A stretch of 64,000 nt of DNA from Spirochaetia bacterium. GTDB lineage: Bacteria; Spirochaetota; Spirochaetia; SZUA-6; Bin103. Of the stretch, positions 29,931-39,913 are shown in pieces. How positions within the stretch are numbered: position 1 is the stretch's first letter; each line of letters begins with the position of its first letter. Location: contig CBDBOV010000002.1 of assembly GCA_965208575.1 (NCBI GenBank), positions 704,001-768,000 on the forward strand. The letters are read 5' to 3'. The translations under genes were made by a program, and so were the position numbers. Under the pieces are notes generated by a model that saw nothing but the letters and a program-made list of their open reading frames with translations, had not been told where the DNA came from and did not search any database.

Positions 29931-30956
29931 TCAGCCGCTCTCCTGCTTCGGGTCGGCGACCGGGCCGAGCAGGCGGGGCAGGAAGCCGGCGACGGTGAGC
30001 TGCCACAGGTGGTAGATGATCAGCGGCAGCAGGGCGACGCCGAGCAGGTCGGGCATGGTGGCGAAGTAGGTGGTAAGCAGCGGCGCGCCCATGGCCAGGG
30101 TCTTCTGCGGCGCCACGAACAGCACGGTGTAGGTGTTGGCCTTGTCCAGCCGCAATGCGCGGCCCGCGCCCCAGGCGGCGCCGAGCAGCAGCAGGTGGGA
30201 GACCGCCAGGTACGCGAACAGCGGCCACAGGCGCAGCAGCGAAGCGGCGAACTCCGGGTCGCGCGCGGGCCGAGAGAACGAGAACCAGATGATCACCAGG
30301 ATGGCGGCGTTCATGAACACGCCGATCTTCTTGCCGTGCCGCCGCGCCCACTCGCGCAGCACGGCGCGCGCCACCTGGCCGAGCGCGACCGGCAGCAGCA
30401 TGCGCAGCACCAGGGAAGAGAGCACGCGCACCAGCTCCTCGGGCGGCAGCGCGCGGCCGGTCTGCTGCAGCAGCAGTGACAGCAGGAGCGGCGACAGGAA
30501 CACGCCCGCGACGTTGGCCAGCGAGGCGTTGAAGATGGTGGCGACCACGTTGCCGCGCGCGAGCTGGGTGAACACGATGCAACTCGACACCGTGGTGGGC
30601 AGCACCGCCAGCGCGTAGATGCCGGCCAGGATGCGCGGATCGCCGCCGCGCCACAGCACTGCGCTGGTGGCCGCAAAGTAGAGCGGCGTGACGACGAAGA
30701 TGAACGCCTGCAGGACCAGGTGCAGGCGCACGTCGCGCAGCCCGGCGCGGATCGCCTCGGTGGGCAGGCTCAGGCCGGACAGGAAGAACAGGGCCACCAC
30801 CAGCACGGTGGCCGTGAGCCCACCCCCGCTGGCCGCGGTACCCGCTTCCGGCGCCGCCAGGCCGCCGGCCACCGCGGCCAGCAGCCCTACAAAGAACCAA
30901 TTCTTGCGCAGCCAGGCGCCGGCCCGGGCTGGTGCAGCCATCTCGCCGCGCATCAT
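29931..30956 (-). CDS. Bile acid:sodium symporter family protein
   Basis: LFFLSGLSL, LPTTVSS, A.GN...IFNA, QKTLAMG; start uncertain (30941-30983). Confidence 0.88.
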   Translation of the reverse strand: MMRGEMAAPARAGAWLRKNWFFVGLLAAVAGGLAAPEAGTAASGGGLTATVLVVALFFLSGLSLPTEAIRAGLRDVRLHLVLQAFIFVVTPLYFAATSAVLWRGGDPRILAGIYALAVLPTTVSSCIVFTQLARGNVVATIFNASLANVAGVFLSPLLLSLLLQQTGRALPPEELVRVLSSLVLRMLLPVALGQVARAVLREWARRHGKKIGVFMNAAILVIIWFSFSRPARDPEFAASLLRLWPLFAYLAVSHLLLLGAAWGAGRALRLDKANTYTVLFVAPQKTLAMGAPLLTTYFATMPDLLGVALLPLIIYHLWQLTVAGFLPRLLGPVADPKQESG

Positions 30957-30978
30957 AGCACTGCTTGACGCCACTCGT

Positions 30979-31006
30979 TCCATACGTAAGCATGCTTACG
31001 TATGGA
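30979..31006. promoter_or_regulatory. Perfect 28 bp palindrome (putative TA operator) over the promoter and start of the antitoxin
   Basis: tccatacgtaagca|tgcttacgtatgga; TTGACG at 30965. Confidence 0.75.
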
Positions 31007-31253
31007 CAAGGTTCTCTCGACCAGAATCGATGAAGAGATCGCTCAGACGCTCGATGGCCTCGCCGTCACGCTCCGGACCTCCAAGAAGCGCATCGTGGAG
31101 GACGCTATTCGGCTCTATAGCGAGACGGTCGAGCAGAAGCCGGACCCGCTCGAACAATCGTTCGGCGTCTGGCGGCGGGCGGAGGAACCGGATGAGTTGC
31201 ACCGCCGGATACGTGTTGCCTTTGAAGACTCCATCAAACGGCACCAGAAGTGA
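31002..31253 (+). CDS. Ribbon-helix-helix antitoxin (VapB-like)
   Basis: KVLSTRIDE...LD.LA....SK..IVEDAI; overlaps a PIN gene. Confidence 0.75.
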   Translation: MDKVLSTRIDEEIAQTLDGLAVTLRTSKKRIVEDAIRLYSETVEQKPDPLEQSFGVWRRAEEPDELHRRIRVAFEDSIKRHQK

Positions 31254-31639
31254 GGGCATACGTCGATGCCGATGTCCTGATCTGGCATCTCCGCGGAATG
31301 GATGCCGCGCGCGGTTTCATCGCGAGCCTGCGTGCGAACCCCGCGTACGAGCTCTGGGTTGGCGCCATGCAGAGGGCGGAGATTGTCTTCTTCATGCGAC
31401 CGGATGAGGAGGCCGCGACCCTCGGGCTGTTCTCCCTTTTCCAGACGGCACCGGTCGGGCAGGCGATCATCGACGCCGCCGGCGGGATCTACCGCCGCTG
31501 GAACTCGTCGCATGGAATCGATGTCAACGACGCTATTCTGGCGGCTACGGTCCGCGCTACCGGTGGCAAGCTCTATTGCCTGAACACCCGTCACTACCCG
31601 ATGGACGACATCCTGGTGGAACGGGCGTGGACGCCTTGA
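31250..31639 (+). CDS. vapC: PIN domain toxin (VapC family)
   Basis: YVDADVLI, E, DAILAAT, LN.RHYP. Confidence 0.88.
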   Translation: MRAYVDADVLIWHLRGMDAARGFIASLRANPAYELWVGAMQRAEIVFFMRPDEEAATLGLFSLFQTAPVGQAIIDAAGGIYRRWNSSHGIDVNDAILAATVRATGGKLYCLNTRHYPMDDILVERAWTP

Positions 31640-31724
31640 TCGGCGAGCCCGCAGGTTCAGGCGGCCGTTCCCGGGTCAGCCCCGGCCCTTTACCACCCGC
31701 GGCCGAGCCGGTAACGTCCGGGGC

Positions 31725-32582
31725 ATGCAGATTGGCTTCAACATGCTGCTCTGGACGCCGTTCGTGACCGAGGAGCACTTCCCCCTGTTCGCGCCGCTCA
31801 AGGAGACCGGCTACGACGGCGTCGAGCTGGAGATTTTCGAAGGCACGCCCGACCATTACGCCCGGGTGGCGCGTGAGTTGGACAACCATGGCCTGCGCCG
31901 CACCGGCGTCACCATCATCCCCGACCAGGAGCGCAACATCCTCAGCGCCGATCCGGCGCGCCGCTCCGCCGGGGTGGACCACATGAAGTGGGCGATCGAC
32001 TGCGCCGCCGCGCTCGGCGCCGAGATCCTGTGCGGCCCCTTCTATCAGCCGCTCGGCCAGTTCACCGGCACCGGGCCGACGGCAGAAGAGCAGCAGCGCG
32101 CCGCCGACGCCCACCGCCAAGCCGCCGAGTACGCCGCTCAGGCCGGCATCCCGCTCGCCGTGGAGGCGCTCAACCGCTTCGAGTGCTACTTCCTGAACAC
32201 CCTCGCCGACACCGCGGCGCACGTCGAGCGGGTCGGCCACCCCAACTTCCACCTGATGTACGACACCTTCCACGCCAACCTGGAGGAGAAGGATCCGGTC
32301 GGGGTGATCGGCGAGCACCTGCCGCTGATCAAGCACGTGCACGTGTCCGAGAACGACCGCGGCGCCCCCGGCAGCGGCCACGTGCCGTGGGACGCCACCT
32401 TCCGGGCCCTGCGCCTGGGCGGCTACGACGCCTGGCTCACCATCGAGGCGTTCGGGCGCACGCTGCCGGAACTGGCCGCCACCACCTGCGTGTGGCGCGA
32501 CTTCTCGGCCAGCAACGAGGAGGTGTACCAGCTCGGCTTCCAGACCATTCGCGACGGCTGGCAGCGCGCCGCGCCGGAGTAG
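31725..32582 (+). CDS. Sugar phosphate isomerase/epimerase (D-psicose/tagatose 3-epimerase-like)
   Basis: EALNRFECY, YDTFHAN.EE, HVSENDRG.PG.GH, TIEAF. Confidence 0.9.
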   Translation: MQIGFNMLLWTPFVTEEHFPLFAPLKETGYDGVELEIFEGTPDHYARVARELDNHGLRRTGVTIIPDQERNILSADPARRSAGVDHMKWAIDCAAALGAEILCGPFYQPLGQFTGTGPTAEEQQRAADAHRQAAEYAAQAGIPLAVEALNRFECYFLNTLADTAAHVERVGHPNFHLMYDTFHANLEEKDPVGVIGEHLPLIKHVHVSENDRGAPGSGHVPWDATFRALRLGGYDAWLTIEAFGRTLPELAATTCVWRDFSASNEEVYQLGFQTIRDGWQRAAPE

Positions 32583-32662
32583 CCGCCGTGCAGCGGGGCG
32601 GCTCTCGTGTCCGGCGCCGCGATTCGCGGCCCTGCCGGGCCGCCTGCCGGCACAGCCGCCGG

Positions 32663-32811
32663 TCAGCTCGCGGGATCTTCGGTCAACTCATCCAGCGCCG
32701 CAAGGAACGCTTCAATCTCCGTCTCGAAGCGGTGCGCAACGCCGCACAGCTTCTCAGTTCGCGGCGGATTGTGGTCGTCGCCTCATCGAGGTATCGCTCA
32801 CTGCCGCTCAC
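32663..32811 (-). pseudogene. Collapsed gene remnant, possibly HEPN-toxin-like
   Basis: MSGSERYLDEATTTIRREL joined out of frame to FETEIEAFLAALDELTEDPAS*; weak resemblance only. Confidence 0.3.
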
Positions 32812-32846
32812 CGTAAGCCCACCGTCCTGCGAACCGGGGCGCCAAG

Positions 32847-33824
32847 CTAAACAAGGAGCGTCTTTTGATAGAGCTCCCGTGCCAGGCGGGTAATGTGGTC
32901 CGCGGCCGGCAGCCCGGCGCGCAGGTGGTCCGGGATCGCCTGCGCGCCGTTGCATGCGCCGCTCAGGTTGCCGGCCACCGCGGCGAACGTGTCCACGTCG
33001 CCGCCGCAGGTGAGCGCCCGCCGCACCGTGGCTTCAAAGTCGCCGGGCGTGCGCAGGAACGCCTCCAGGGCTACCACGGCGGTAGCCGGCGCCTCGCTGG
33101 GAATTCCCTGCCCGCCGGCCCTGATCCGACGCTCCGGCATCTCCAGGAGCGCCGCGTAGGCCTCGTCGGCGGGCAGCTTCAGCAGCCGGCGCACGGCACC
33201 GACCAGGCGGCCGGTGGCGGCGTGCACCGCGCCCGCCGACCGTTCCGCCAGCGCCACCACCTCGTCCGCCGCCGGCGCGCCGCCGGCCGCCAGGTGGCGC
33301 ACCGCCTGGGCGATGGCCGCCGCGGGCGCCACCGCGCGCGGATCCTTGTGGGTGAGGCGGCTCACCGCGGCGGCGTCGGCGTCGAGCAGGTCCTCGCTCC
33401 GCCAGTGCCACAGCCCTATCGGGGCGATCTTCATCACCGTGCCGTTGGAGGGCATGTCGGTGGACGCCGCCTGCTGCCAGGGGACGCCGTCGTCCATGCG
33501 CTCCAGCGTCTGCTCGAAGGCGCGACCGTAGCCGTACAACTCACCGGCCCGCCACATGCGCAAGAGACGCTCGGCCACGTCACCCGGGTCGACCCGCCCG
33601 CACGCCAGCAGCGACTCCACCAGCACCAGGGCCTGCTGGGTGTCGTCGGTGTATGCCCCGCCGGCACGCACCACCTCGCCGTGGCGCCGGAGATCCCGGT
33701 AGTGGCCCATGAGATCCTCCACCTCCAGGATGCGCTCCCGCGGCCAGCCCTCGCAGAAGCTGCCGAGCGCATCCCCCACCGCGCCGCCGAGCAGCGCCCC
33801 CACGAAACGATCCTCGTGCTCCAC
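32847..33824 (-). CDS. ADP-ribosylglycohydrolase family protein
   Basis: GAVGDALG, YTDDTQ, SNG..M, THKD, GGDVDT. Confidence 0.92.
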   Translation of the reverse strand: MEHEDRFVGALLGGAVGDALGSFCEGWPRERILEVEDLMGHYRDLRRHGEVVRAGGAYTDDTQQALVLVESLLACGRVDPGDVAERLLRMWRAGELYGYGRAFEQTLERMDDGVPWQQAASTDMPSNGTVMKIAPIGLWHWRSEDLLDADAAAVSRLTHKDPRAVAPAAAIAQAVRHLAAGGAPAADEVVALAERSAGAVHAATGRLVGAVRRLLKLPADEAYAALLEMPERRIRAGGQGIPSEAPATAVVALEAFLRTPGDFEATVRRALTCGGDVDTFAAVAGNLSGACNGAQAIPDHLRAGLPAADHITRLARELYQKTLLV

Positions 33825-33841
33825 TTTTCCCTCCCTGGCCG

Positions 33842-34351
33842 TTACCGCGGCGCGTGCACCATCACCGCCGCGCCGGCCGCCGCGAATGGCATCTCCACCA
33901 AGTTGTCGCCGGGCCCGCCGCGGTCGACCACCACGAAGTCGGTCTCGCCGGCCATGGCGATCACCGGATGATGCCACACACCGCGTGCGTAGTTCACGCC
34001 CTGGCGGCCGTCGGTCACGAAGGCGCGCAACTCCGCCGGCGCGGGCGCGGCGCCGGCCGGCGCCACCACGATGAGAAACGGGGCGGCGTCCAGCGGGATG
34101 AACGCCTGCGAGCCGAGCGGATGCTGCTCCATGATCCGGACGGTGAGCGGCAGCGGCAGCGGCTGCGCGCGGAACACGTTGATCAGCGCGAATCCGCCCG
34201 CCGCCGCCACGTCTACCCGCGCCAGGTCATGGAAGCGCACCGTGCTGCCCTCGTTGATCACCCGCCGCTCGGCGCCGGCGGTCTCGATCACCTCGCCGAA
34301 CGGGGCAAAACCGTCCCTGGTCAGGGGTACGGGGGTGATCCGGCGAGCCAT
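33842..34351 (-). CDS. allA: Ureidoglycolate lyase
   Basis: LT...[35 protein letters not shown]. Confidence 0.93.
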   Translation of the reverse strand: MARRITPVPLTRDGFAPFGEVIETAGAERRVINEGSTVRFHDLARVDVAAAGGFALINVFRAQPLPLPLTVRIMEQHPLGSQAFIPLDAAPFLIVVAPAGAAPAPAELRAFVTDGRQGVNYARGVWHHPVIAMAGETDFVVVDRGGPGDNLVEMPFAAAGAAVMVHAPR

Positions 34352-34358
34352 GGAATGC

Positions 34359-35453
34359 CTAATCCTCCACCGGCGTACCGAACAGGCGCAGCCGCGCCAC
34401 GCCGCCGTCCGGGATGATGTTCAGGTGCACGTGCGACACCGGCTGCGGGACGTCGGCGGGAATCACGAAGGTGTGCTCGCGATCGGCCTGCAGCGGCTGC
34501 TCGGGCAGCAGCATCGGCCAGAACATCGACTGCGCGATCACCGATTCCTGCAGCTTGCCGAAGTGCTCGGCAAGGAGCGCGCCCTGCAGCGAGCAGCGGT
34601 CGGGGAAGTTGCCCTTGAAGTGGCTGGTGTCGATCACGACGCGGTCGATGACGCCGGGCCGCGCCAGGGCGACGATGCACCAGTCGTGGCCCGGTTCCCG
34701 GCGCCGCCGCGTCTCCCAGCCCTCGCCGGCGTCGCGCGCGCGGTCGGGGCGCAGTATGTTGGAGGGGTGGCCGTAGTGGGAGTTGTTCCACGCCACCGCC
34801 ACCGCCCCGTTGCGCGCGCAGCCCAGGTCGACGGCGCCGCGCTCGGCCAGCGCCCCCCAATCGGGATGCGGGCGCCCGAACACGCGCAGCCGCGCCACGC
34901 CGCCGTCCGGAAGCAGGTTGAGGCGTACGTGAGTCACCACGCCGGCGCCGGCAACGTCGAATCGGTGGTGGGCATGGGGGCCGATCGGCGCCGGCTCCAC
35001 CAGGGTGGTCCACTCGGTGGAGGCGTCGGGATCGCCCTGGCAGCGGCAGCCCTCCAGGGAAGCGGCGGGCGGAAAATTGCCGGTGAAGTGGCTGGTGTCG
35101 ATGTCCACCGCGAACACCTCCCCCGGCGTCGCCAGCCGCACCACGCAGAAGTCGTGCCCGCCGCGTCGCCGCCGGCGCGACTCCCAGCCGTCCATCCACT
35201 TGCCGTGGTCGTCGTACTTGTCGGGCAGGAACTCGGCGTCGTGCGACTGCAGCATGCGGCTCATCGGGCCGAAGAACTCGTCGCTGCACGCGATGGCGCG
35301 GGCGCCGAGGCGGGCGTCGGCCAGGTTGGTCGTGTAACCGTGCCCGGCCTGAGGCGCGGCCCGGCCCGCGAGCGGCTGCCGGTTCCCGGTGCCGGTGCTT
35401 CCGGTGGACGCCCCCTGCGTGGTGCCGCCCGGTGCGGTGAAATCAGCCGCCAT
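34359..35453 (-). CDS. alc: Allantoicase
   Basis: [31 protein letters not shown], duplicated domain. Confidence 0.95.
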   Translation of the reverse strand: MAADFTAPGGTTQGASTGSTGTGNRQPLAGRAAPQAGHGYTTNLADARLGARAIACSDEFFGPMSRMLQSHDAEFLPDKYDDHGKWMDGWESRRRRRGGHDFCVVRLATPGEVFAVDIDTSHFTGNFPPAASLEGCRCQGDPDASTEWTTLVEPAPIGPHAHHRFDVAGAGVVTHVRLNLLPDGGVARLRVFGRPHPDWGALAERGAVDLGCARNGAVAVAWNNSHYGHPSNILRPDRARDAGEGWETRRRREPGHDWCIVALARPGVIDRVVIDTSHFKGNFPDRCSLQGALLAEHFGKLQESVIAQSMFWPMLLPEQPLQADREHTFVIPADVPQPVSHVHLNIIPDGGVARLRLFGTPVED

Positions 35454-36354
35454 GAGGATGATGCTCCCGCCAGTGCCGGGCGATGTCGATGCGCCTGCAG
35501 CACCACACGTGCTCGTGCGCGAGCACATGGTCCAGGAACCGCCGCAGGGCGGCGAAGCGGCCGGGCCGCCCAACGAGGCGGCAGTGCAGTCCCACCGACA
35601 TCATGCGCGGCGTGCGCGCGCCCTCGGCGTACAGCACGTCGAAGGCGTCGCGCAGGTAGGCGAAGAACTGATCGCCGGAGTTGAACCCCTGCGCGGTCGC
35701 GAAGCGCATGTCGTTGGCGTCGAGCGTGTACGGCACCACCAGGTGGGGGTGCGACTCGACCTCCGTCCAGAACGGAAGGTCGTCGTTGTAATCATCAGCG
35801 TCATAAAGAAATCCTCCCTCTTCAACGACCAGCCGGCGGGTGTTGGGCCCGGTGCGGCCGGTATACCAGCCGAGCGGGCGTTCCCCGGTCAGGTCGCGAA
35901 TGATCTCGATGGCCCGCTGCAGGTGCTCGCGCTCGACCGGCTCCGGCACCTCCTGGTAGTCGATCCAGCGGTAGCCGTGGCTGCAGATCTCGAAGCCGTT
36001 GGCCAGGGCCGCCTCGGCCACCGGCGGGTTGCGCTGCAGCGCCATCGCCACCGCGAACACGGTAACCGGCACCGCGCGCTCCCGGAACAGCTCGAACAGG
36101 CGCCATACGCCGACCCGGCTGCCGTACTCGTAGATCGACTCCATGCTCATGTGGCGCTGGCCGGGCAGCGGGCGCGCGCCGACGATCTCCGACAGGAACG
36201 CCTCCGAGCCGGCATCGCCGTGCAGGACGCAGTTCTCGCCGCCCTCCTCGTAGTTGACCACGAACTGCACCGCCAGCCGCGCACCGCTCGGCCACCTGGC
36301 GTTTGGCGGCGCGGAACCGTAGCCCCGCACGTCTCTCGGGTAGTAGGTTTGCAT
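35443..36354 (-). CDS. puuE: Allantoinase PuuE (polysaccharide deacetylase fold)
   Basis: YPRD..GYG, NYEEGGE, ESIYEYGSR.G.WR, PYTLDANDMRF, GLHCRL.GRPGR. Confidence 0.95.
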   Translation of the reverse strand: MQTYYPRDVRGYGSAPPNARWPSGARLAVQFVVNYEEGGENCVLHGDAGSEAFLSEIVGARPLPGQRHMSMESIYEYGSRVGVWRLFELFRERAVPVTVFAVAMALQRNPPVAEAALANGFEICSHGYRWIDYQEVPEPVEREHLQRAIEIIRDLTGERPLGWYTGRTGPNTRRLVVEEGGFLYDADDYNDDLPFWTEVESHPHLVVPYTLDANDMRFATAQGFNSGDQFFAYLRDAFDVLYAEGARTPRMMSVGLHCRLVGRPGRFAALRRFLDHVLAHEHVWCCRRIDIARHWREHHPHGG

Positions 36355-36445
36355 CGAATCCCCGCGTATCGTACAGCAAGAATCGAACCGTTGCCGGCGG
36401 CCTGCAGCCGCGGCGGCGGAGGCGGCGGACTTCCCTGGAGGCAAC

Positions 36446-37420
36446 ATGACGGCGGCGCGCATGGAACGAGTCTCGATCATCATCACCATCGTCGCGAGCG
36501 TCACCTTCGGGCTGATCGGCGTGGTGATTTCGCTCGCCAGCAGCTCCGGGGCGGTGTTTCTCGACGGCCTGTTCTCGCTGATCTTCGCCATGGTGGGACT
36601 GCTCACGCTGTACGTCTCCGGCCTGGTGCAGCGCCCGCGCGACGACCAGTATCCGTTCGGCTACGCCACCTTCGAACCGATGCTCAACCTGTTCAAGGGC
36701 ATCCTGATCGCCCTGGCGCTGGTGTTCGCGGTGTGGAGCGCGGTGACGGCGCTGGCCGGCGGCGGGGTCGAGGTGGCGGCCGTGGGCGGCATCATCTACG
36801 CCGTCATTGCGGTCGTCGGGGGCGGCCTGATGGCGCTGGCGCTGCACTTCCTGGCGCGGCGTTCGCGCTCGCCGATCGTGGAGGTGGACGCGCGCAACGC
36901 GATAGTGGACACCATGATCTCGGGCGCGGTGGGGGTGGCGTTCGTGATCACCCTGCTGCTGCAGAACTCGCGCTGGTCGGCGGCGGCGCGCTACGCCGAC
37001 CCGGTCATCATGCTGGCGATCGTGGCCATCGCCGCGCCGCAGCCGATCAAGACCATCCGCGCCAACTGGCGCCAGTTGCTCGGGCGCGCCCCCGAGCAGG
37101 CGGTTCAGGAACGCGTGTCGACCCTGGTCGAGCAGGTGCTGACCGCCGTGCCCCACTACGAGACCTACCTGCGGCTGACCGAGATCGGCCGCTACCTCTA
37201 CATCCACCTGTACGTGATCGTGCCCGAGCACTCGGAACAGCCGATCGACACCCCGCTGCACGACGAAATCCGGCGCCGCATCTACGACGCGCTGTCCGGC
37301 GAATTCCCTCACCTTGCCCTGGATGTCGGCTTCACCATGGACGAGCAGTGGGCGCTCAGCAGCATGCCCTCCGCCGAGGCGGGAGCAGGCGCCCCGGCGC
37401 CAGCCACGGCAGATCGATAG
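36446..37420 (+). CDS. Cation diffusion facilitator family transporter
   Basis: S.AVFLDGLFS, YPFGY...EP, D..N..VDT..S, YADP. Confidence 0.85.
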   Translation: MTAARMERVSIIITIVASVTFGLIGVVISLASSSGAVFLDGLFSLIFAMVGLLTLYVSGLVQRPRDDQYPFGYATFEPMLNLFKGILIALALVFAVWSAVTALAGGGVEVAAVGGIIYAVIAVVGGGLMALALHFLARRSRSPIVEVDARNAIVDTMISGAVGVAFVITLLLQNSRWSAAARYADPVIMLAIVAIAAPQPIKTIRANWRQLLGRAPEQAVQERVSTLVEQVLTAVPHYETYLRLTEIGRYLYIHLYVIVPEHSEQPIDTPLHDEIRRRIYDALSGEFPHLALDVGFTMDEQWALSSMPSAEAGAGAPAPATADR

Positions 37421-37790
37421 TCAGCCCGGCGGGTGGCCCGCGCCGCCGCCGCTCTGCCGTAAACCGGTGCGTCCGCGGCACGGCGTTCGCCCATGACGCG
37501 CCGGGCCGCCGTGCCGGCAGACGCAGCGGGCTGCGTGCCCTGACGAGCAGCCATCGGCGTAGCCCGCGGTTGCGCCGGCGGCCGCGTGCCCGCGCCGGGC
37601 GGCGTCCGTCGCTTGCGCCGTGGCCGGCCGTCCGGAAAGCTGCGCGGCGCGGGCCCGGCGGGCCGCCACCGGTCTCGCATCGCCGTTCCCCGCGAGTAAC
37701 CTGCCGGCGCGGGTGCGCGCGCGCGGGCGGCGTGCGCCGCGAGAATCGCGTGCGCCTGCGCAGGCCGCGCCGGGTCGCGGGCACCCTTGC

Positions 37791-39290
37791 TCAGAGGCGA
37801 AAGCGTGCGTGCAACTCGGGCGGCGCACCGATGCGGTCGAAGGTGTCGGCCAGCGCTGCCTGCATGGCGGCCACCCGGTCCGGGTAGCGGTCGGCCACGT
37901 TGCGGCGCTCGCTCGGGTCGGCCTCCAGGTCGCTGAGCCAGGTGCCCTGGTAGTCGGCCGGCACCGGGTCGCGCTCCACCAGGCGGCGCCCGTCAGCGTA
38001 CGGCCCGAGGATCTGCCGGCCGCCGTAGAAGCGCTGCTGGTGGTAGCCGTGCCAGTACAGCGGCTGTCGGGGATCCGGCCCCTGGTGCAGGGTCCAGCGC
38101 CCGTCGGTGATGGTCGCCGAGCGCGCGAACTGGCCGGCGATCGCCCAGTCGCGGGTCGGCGCCGCCGGGTCGGCCAGTACCGGGATCAGGTTCACGCCGT
38201 GGCGGCGTTCCGGCAGCTCGCGACCGAACGCGGCCAGCACGGTGGCGTAGATGTCCACGTTCTGCACCAGTTGGCTGCGCCGCTCGCCGTGGCCCAGCTC
38301 CGGGTGGTAGACGATGAACGGGATCATGTTCTTGGCGGCGAACTCGTGGGTCTGCAGCTTGCCGATGCGGCCGTGGTCGCCGTTGAAGGTGCCGTGGTCG
38401 GTGTGCACGATCACCATCGTGTTGCGCCACAGGTCCAGTTCGTCCATGGCGTCCAGCACCCGGCCCAGCCAGCGGTCGGCCAGCACCACCTTGCCGGCGT
38501 AGCGCGCCTGGAAGCTGAGCAGCGCGTCCTCGTCCATGTGGTCGCCCCACCTGGCGTAGGGCGGGTGACTCGACCAGGAGTCGGTGTAGTAGCCGCGCGG
38601 ATCGAACTGGCGCAGGATCTCTTCGGGCGGATCCCACGGTTCGTGCGGATCGAATTCGTCGATCTGCAGGTAGAAGCCGCGGTGGCCGGCGTTGCGGCGC
38701 AGCCACGCGGCCGCGGTGCTGAACGTGCGCGCCACCGGCATGTCCTGCTCGCGGCCCCCGAAGCGGTGCTTGTTGCGCCAGTAGCGCTCCAGCTTGGAGG
38801 GCAGGTCGGGCGGCGGGCAGTAGAACGGGTCGCTGGTGGTGGCCCACGGATCCTCCTGCTGGCCGCGGATGAATTCGAAGCCGCTGAACCCGAAGTGGTA
38901 GTTGCCGGAGCCGGCGCACCACATGTTCTTGTGATCGGAGATGAAGTAGCTCACCACGTCGTCCGCGCCGTAGGAGGTGATCGGCGTGGTGTGCGGCGGC
39001 GACAGCAGGCTCGGCAGGTCGAGGTCGCCCTCCTCCAGCGGCCCCCAGCCGCGCTCCGGGAACTCGTAGCGGCCGGTGAACACGTCGCGCCGCGCCGGCA
39101 TGCACGGCGTGCTGCCCGCGTAGGCGCGCTCGAACACCGTGCCGCGCGCCGCCAGCCGGTCCAGGTTGGGCGTCGGCACCACCCAGCCCGGCTGCTCCGG
39201 CGAATCGACCTCGTTGAGCGGCCTGCCCTTGTGATACGGCCCACAATGGTCGCGGCGCAGGGTGTCGCACAGGATATGGATCACGTTCAT
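37791..39290 (-). CDS. Sulfatase
   Basis: DTLRRD, TPNLDRLA, CMPAR (CxPxR), DPHEPW, TDHG. Confidence 0.93.
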   Translation of the reverse strand: MNVIHILCDTLRRDHCGPYHKGRPLNEVDSPEQPGWVVPTPNLDRLAARGTVFERAYAGSTPCMPARRDVFTGRYEFPERGWGPLEEGDLDLPSLLSPPHTTPITSYGADDVVSYFISDHKNMWCAGSGNYHFGFSGFEFIRGQQEDPWATTSDPFYCPPPDLPSKLERYWRNKHRFGGREQDMPVARTFSTAAAWLRRNAGHRGFYLQIDEFDPHEPWDPPEEILRQFDPRGYYTDSWSSHPPYARWGDHMDEDALLSFQARYAGKVVLADRWLGRVLDAMDELDLWRNTMVIVHTDHGTFNGDHGRIGKLQTHEFAAKNMIPFIVYHPELGHGERRSQLVQNVDIYATVLAAFGRELPERRHGVNLIPVLADPAAPTRDWAIAGQFARSATITDGRWTLHQGPDPRQPLYWHGYHQQRFYGGRQILGPYADGRRLVERDPVPADYQGTWLSDLEADPSERRNVADRYPDRVAAMQAALADTFDRIGAPPELHARFRL

Positions 39291-39354
39291 GGCCGCGCAG
39301 TATAGCCTGTCCTAACGAGCCGGGCGGCGGGCGATGCCTGGGTATCCGGCGACA

Positions 39355-39424
39355 TCATGCCTCCGGCGCAGGGACCGGCTCGGGCATGATGAACTCCCAG
39401 GGGTTCACCAACGAGCAGGATCAC
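39355..39424 (-). pseudogene. FitB/VapC-type PIN toxin remnant, interior deleted
   Basis: GTG overlaps the antitoxin stop; MILL joined out of frame to LVNPWE...*, the typical first and last motifs of FitB-like PIN toxins. Confidence 0.6.
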
Positions 39425-39663
39425 AGATCGACCGGTCTCTGCTTCTGGTCGTGCTCCCGGATATACGGCTCGATATCTTCGCCCGGCTCGACCACCGCCA
39501 TCAGATTGTACGGATACGGGGGAGTGGACTCGATCGGTTCATGTGCCGCCTGGTCGAGGATCGATCGGACGAGCGCTTCGAGGCTGCAGCCGCTTCGCTC
39601 AGCACGTTTGCGGAGCCGCTCCTTCGATTCGTCCGACAGTCGGCGAATGGTGATGCTTGCCAT
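39421..39663 (-). CDS. FitA-like ribbon-helix-helix antitoxin
   Basis: MASITIRRL....KERLR.RA...G.S.EA..R.IL; RBS ggagg. Confidence 0.85.
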   Translation of the reverse strand: MASITIRRLSDESKERLRKRAERSGCSLEALVRSILDQAAHEPIESTPPYPYNLMAVVEPGEDIEPYIREHDQKQRPVDL

Positions 39664-39686
39664 GCAACCTCCAGAAACCGCGAACA

Positions 39687-39702
39687 TGATTGCATGCAAT
39701 CA
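39687..39702. promoter_or_regulatory. 16 bp palindrome upstream of the FitA-like gene (putative operator)
   Basis: tgattgca|tgcaatca. Confidence 0.6.
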
Positions 39703-39840
39703 CCTGCTCCCCGCAAGCTCCCGAAGTCTGCCGCCGAAGCGCGCCGCTGCCACGTCGGCGCAGGTTTTCACCTGCTGCGACGGTCGCGGCGTACCCAGGT
39801 CAGCGGTTGTCCCGACAGCGGAGCCGCCAGGACGCCGCCG

Positions 39841-39881
39841 CGCAGGGTCGCTCAGGATGCGGATCACGTTCATGGCCGCGC
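39841..39881 (-). repeat. Degenerate duplicate of the sulfatase 5' end
   Basis: 21 bp ggatcacgttcatggccgcgc identical at 39278-39298 and 39861-39881; MNVIRILSD vs MNVIHILCD. Confidence 0.8.
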
Positions 39882-39913
39882 CCCCGGTCACGACGGCCCG
39901 GACTTCGGTCTGG

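Noticed and set aside
37421-37790. Possible decayed sulfatase 5' remnant (NRCVRGTAFAH...)
   Set aside because: Only a few residues of resemblance in very GC-rich DNA; cannot be supported without an HMM search
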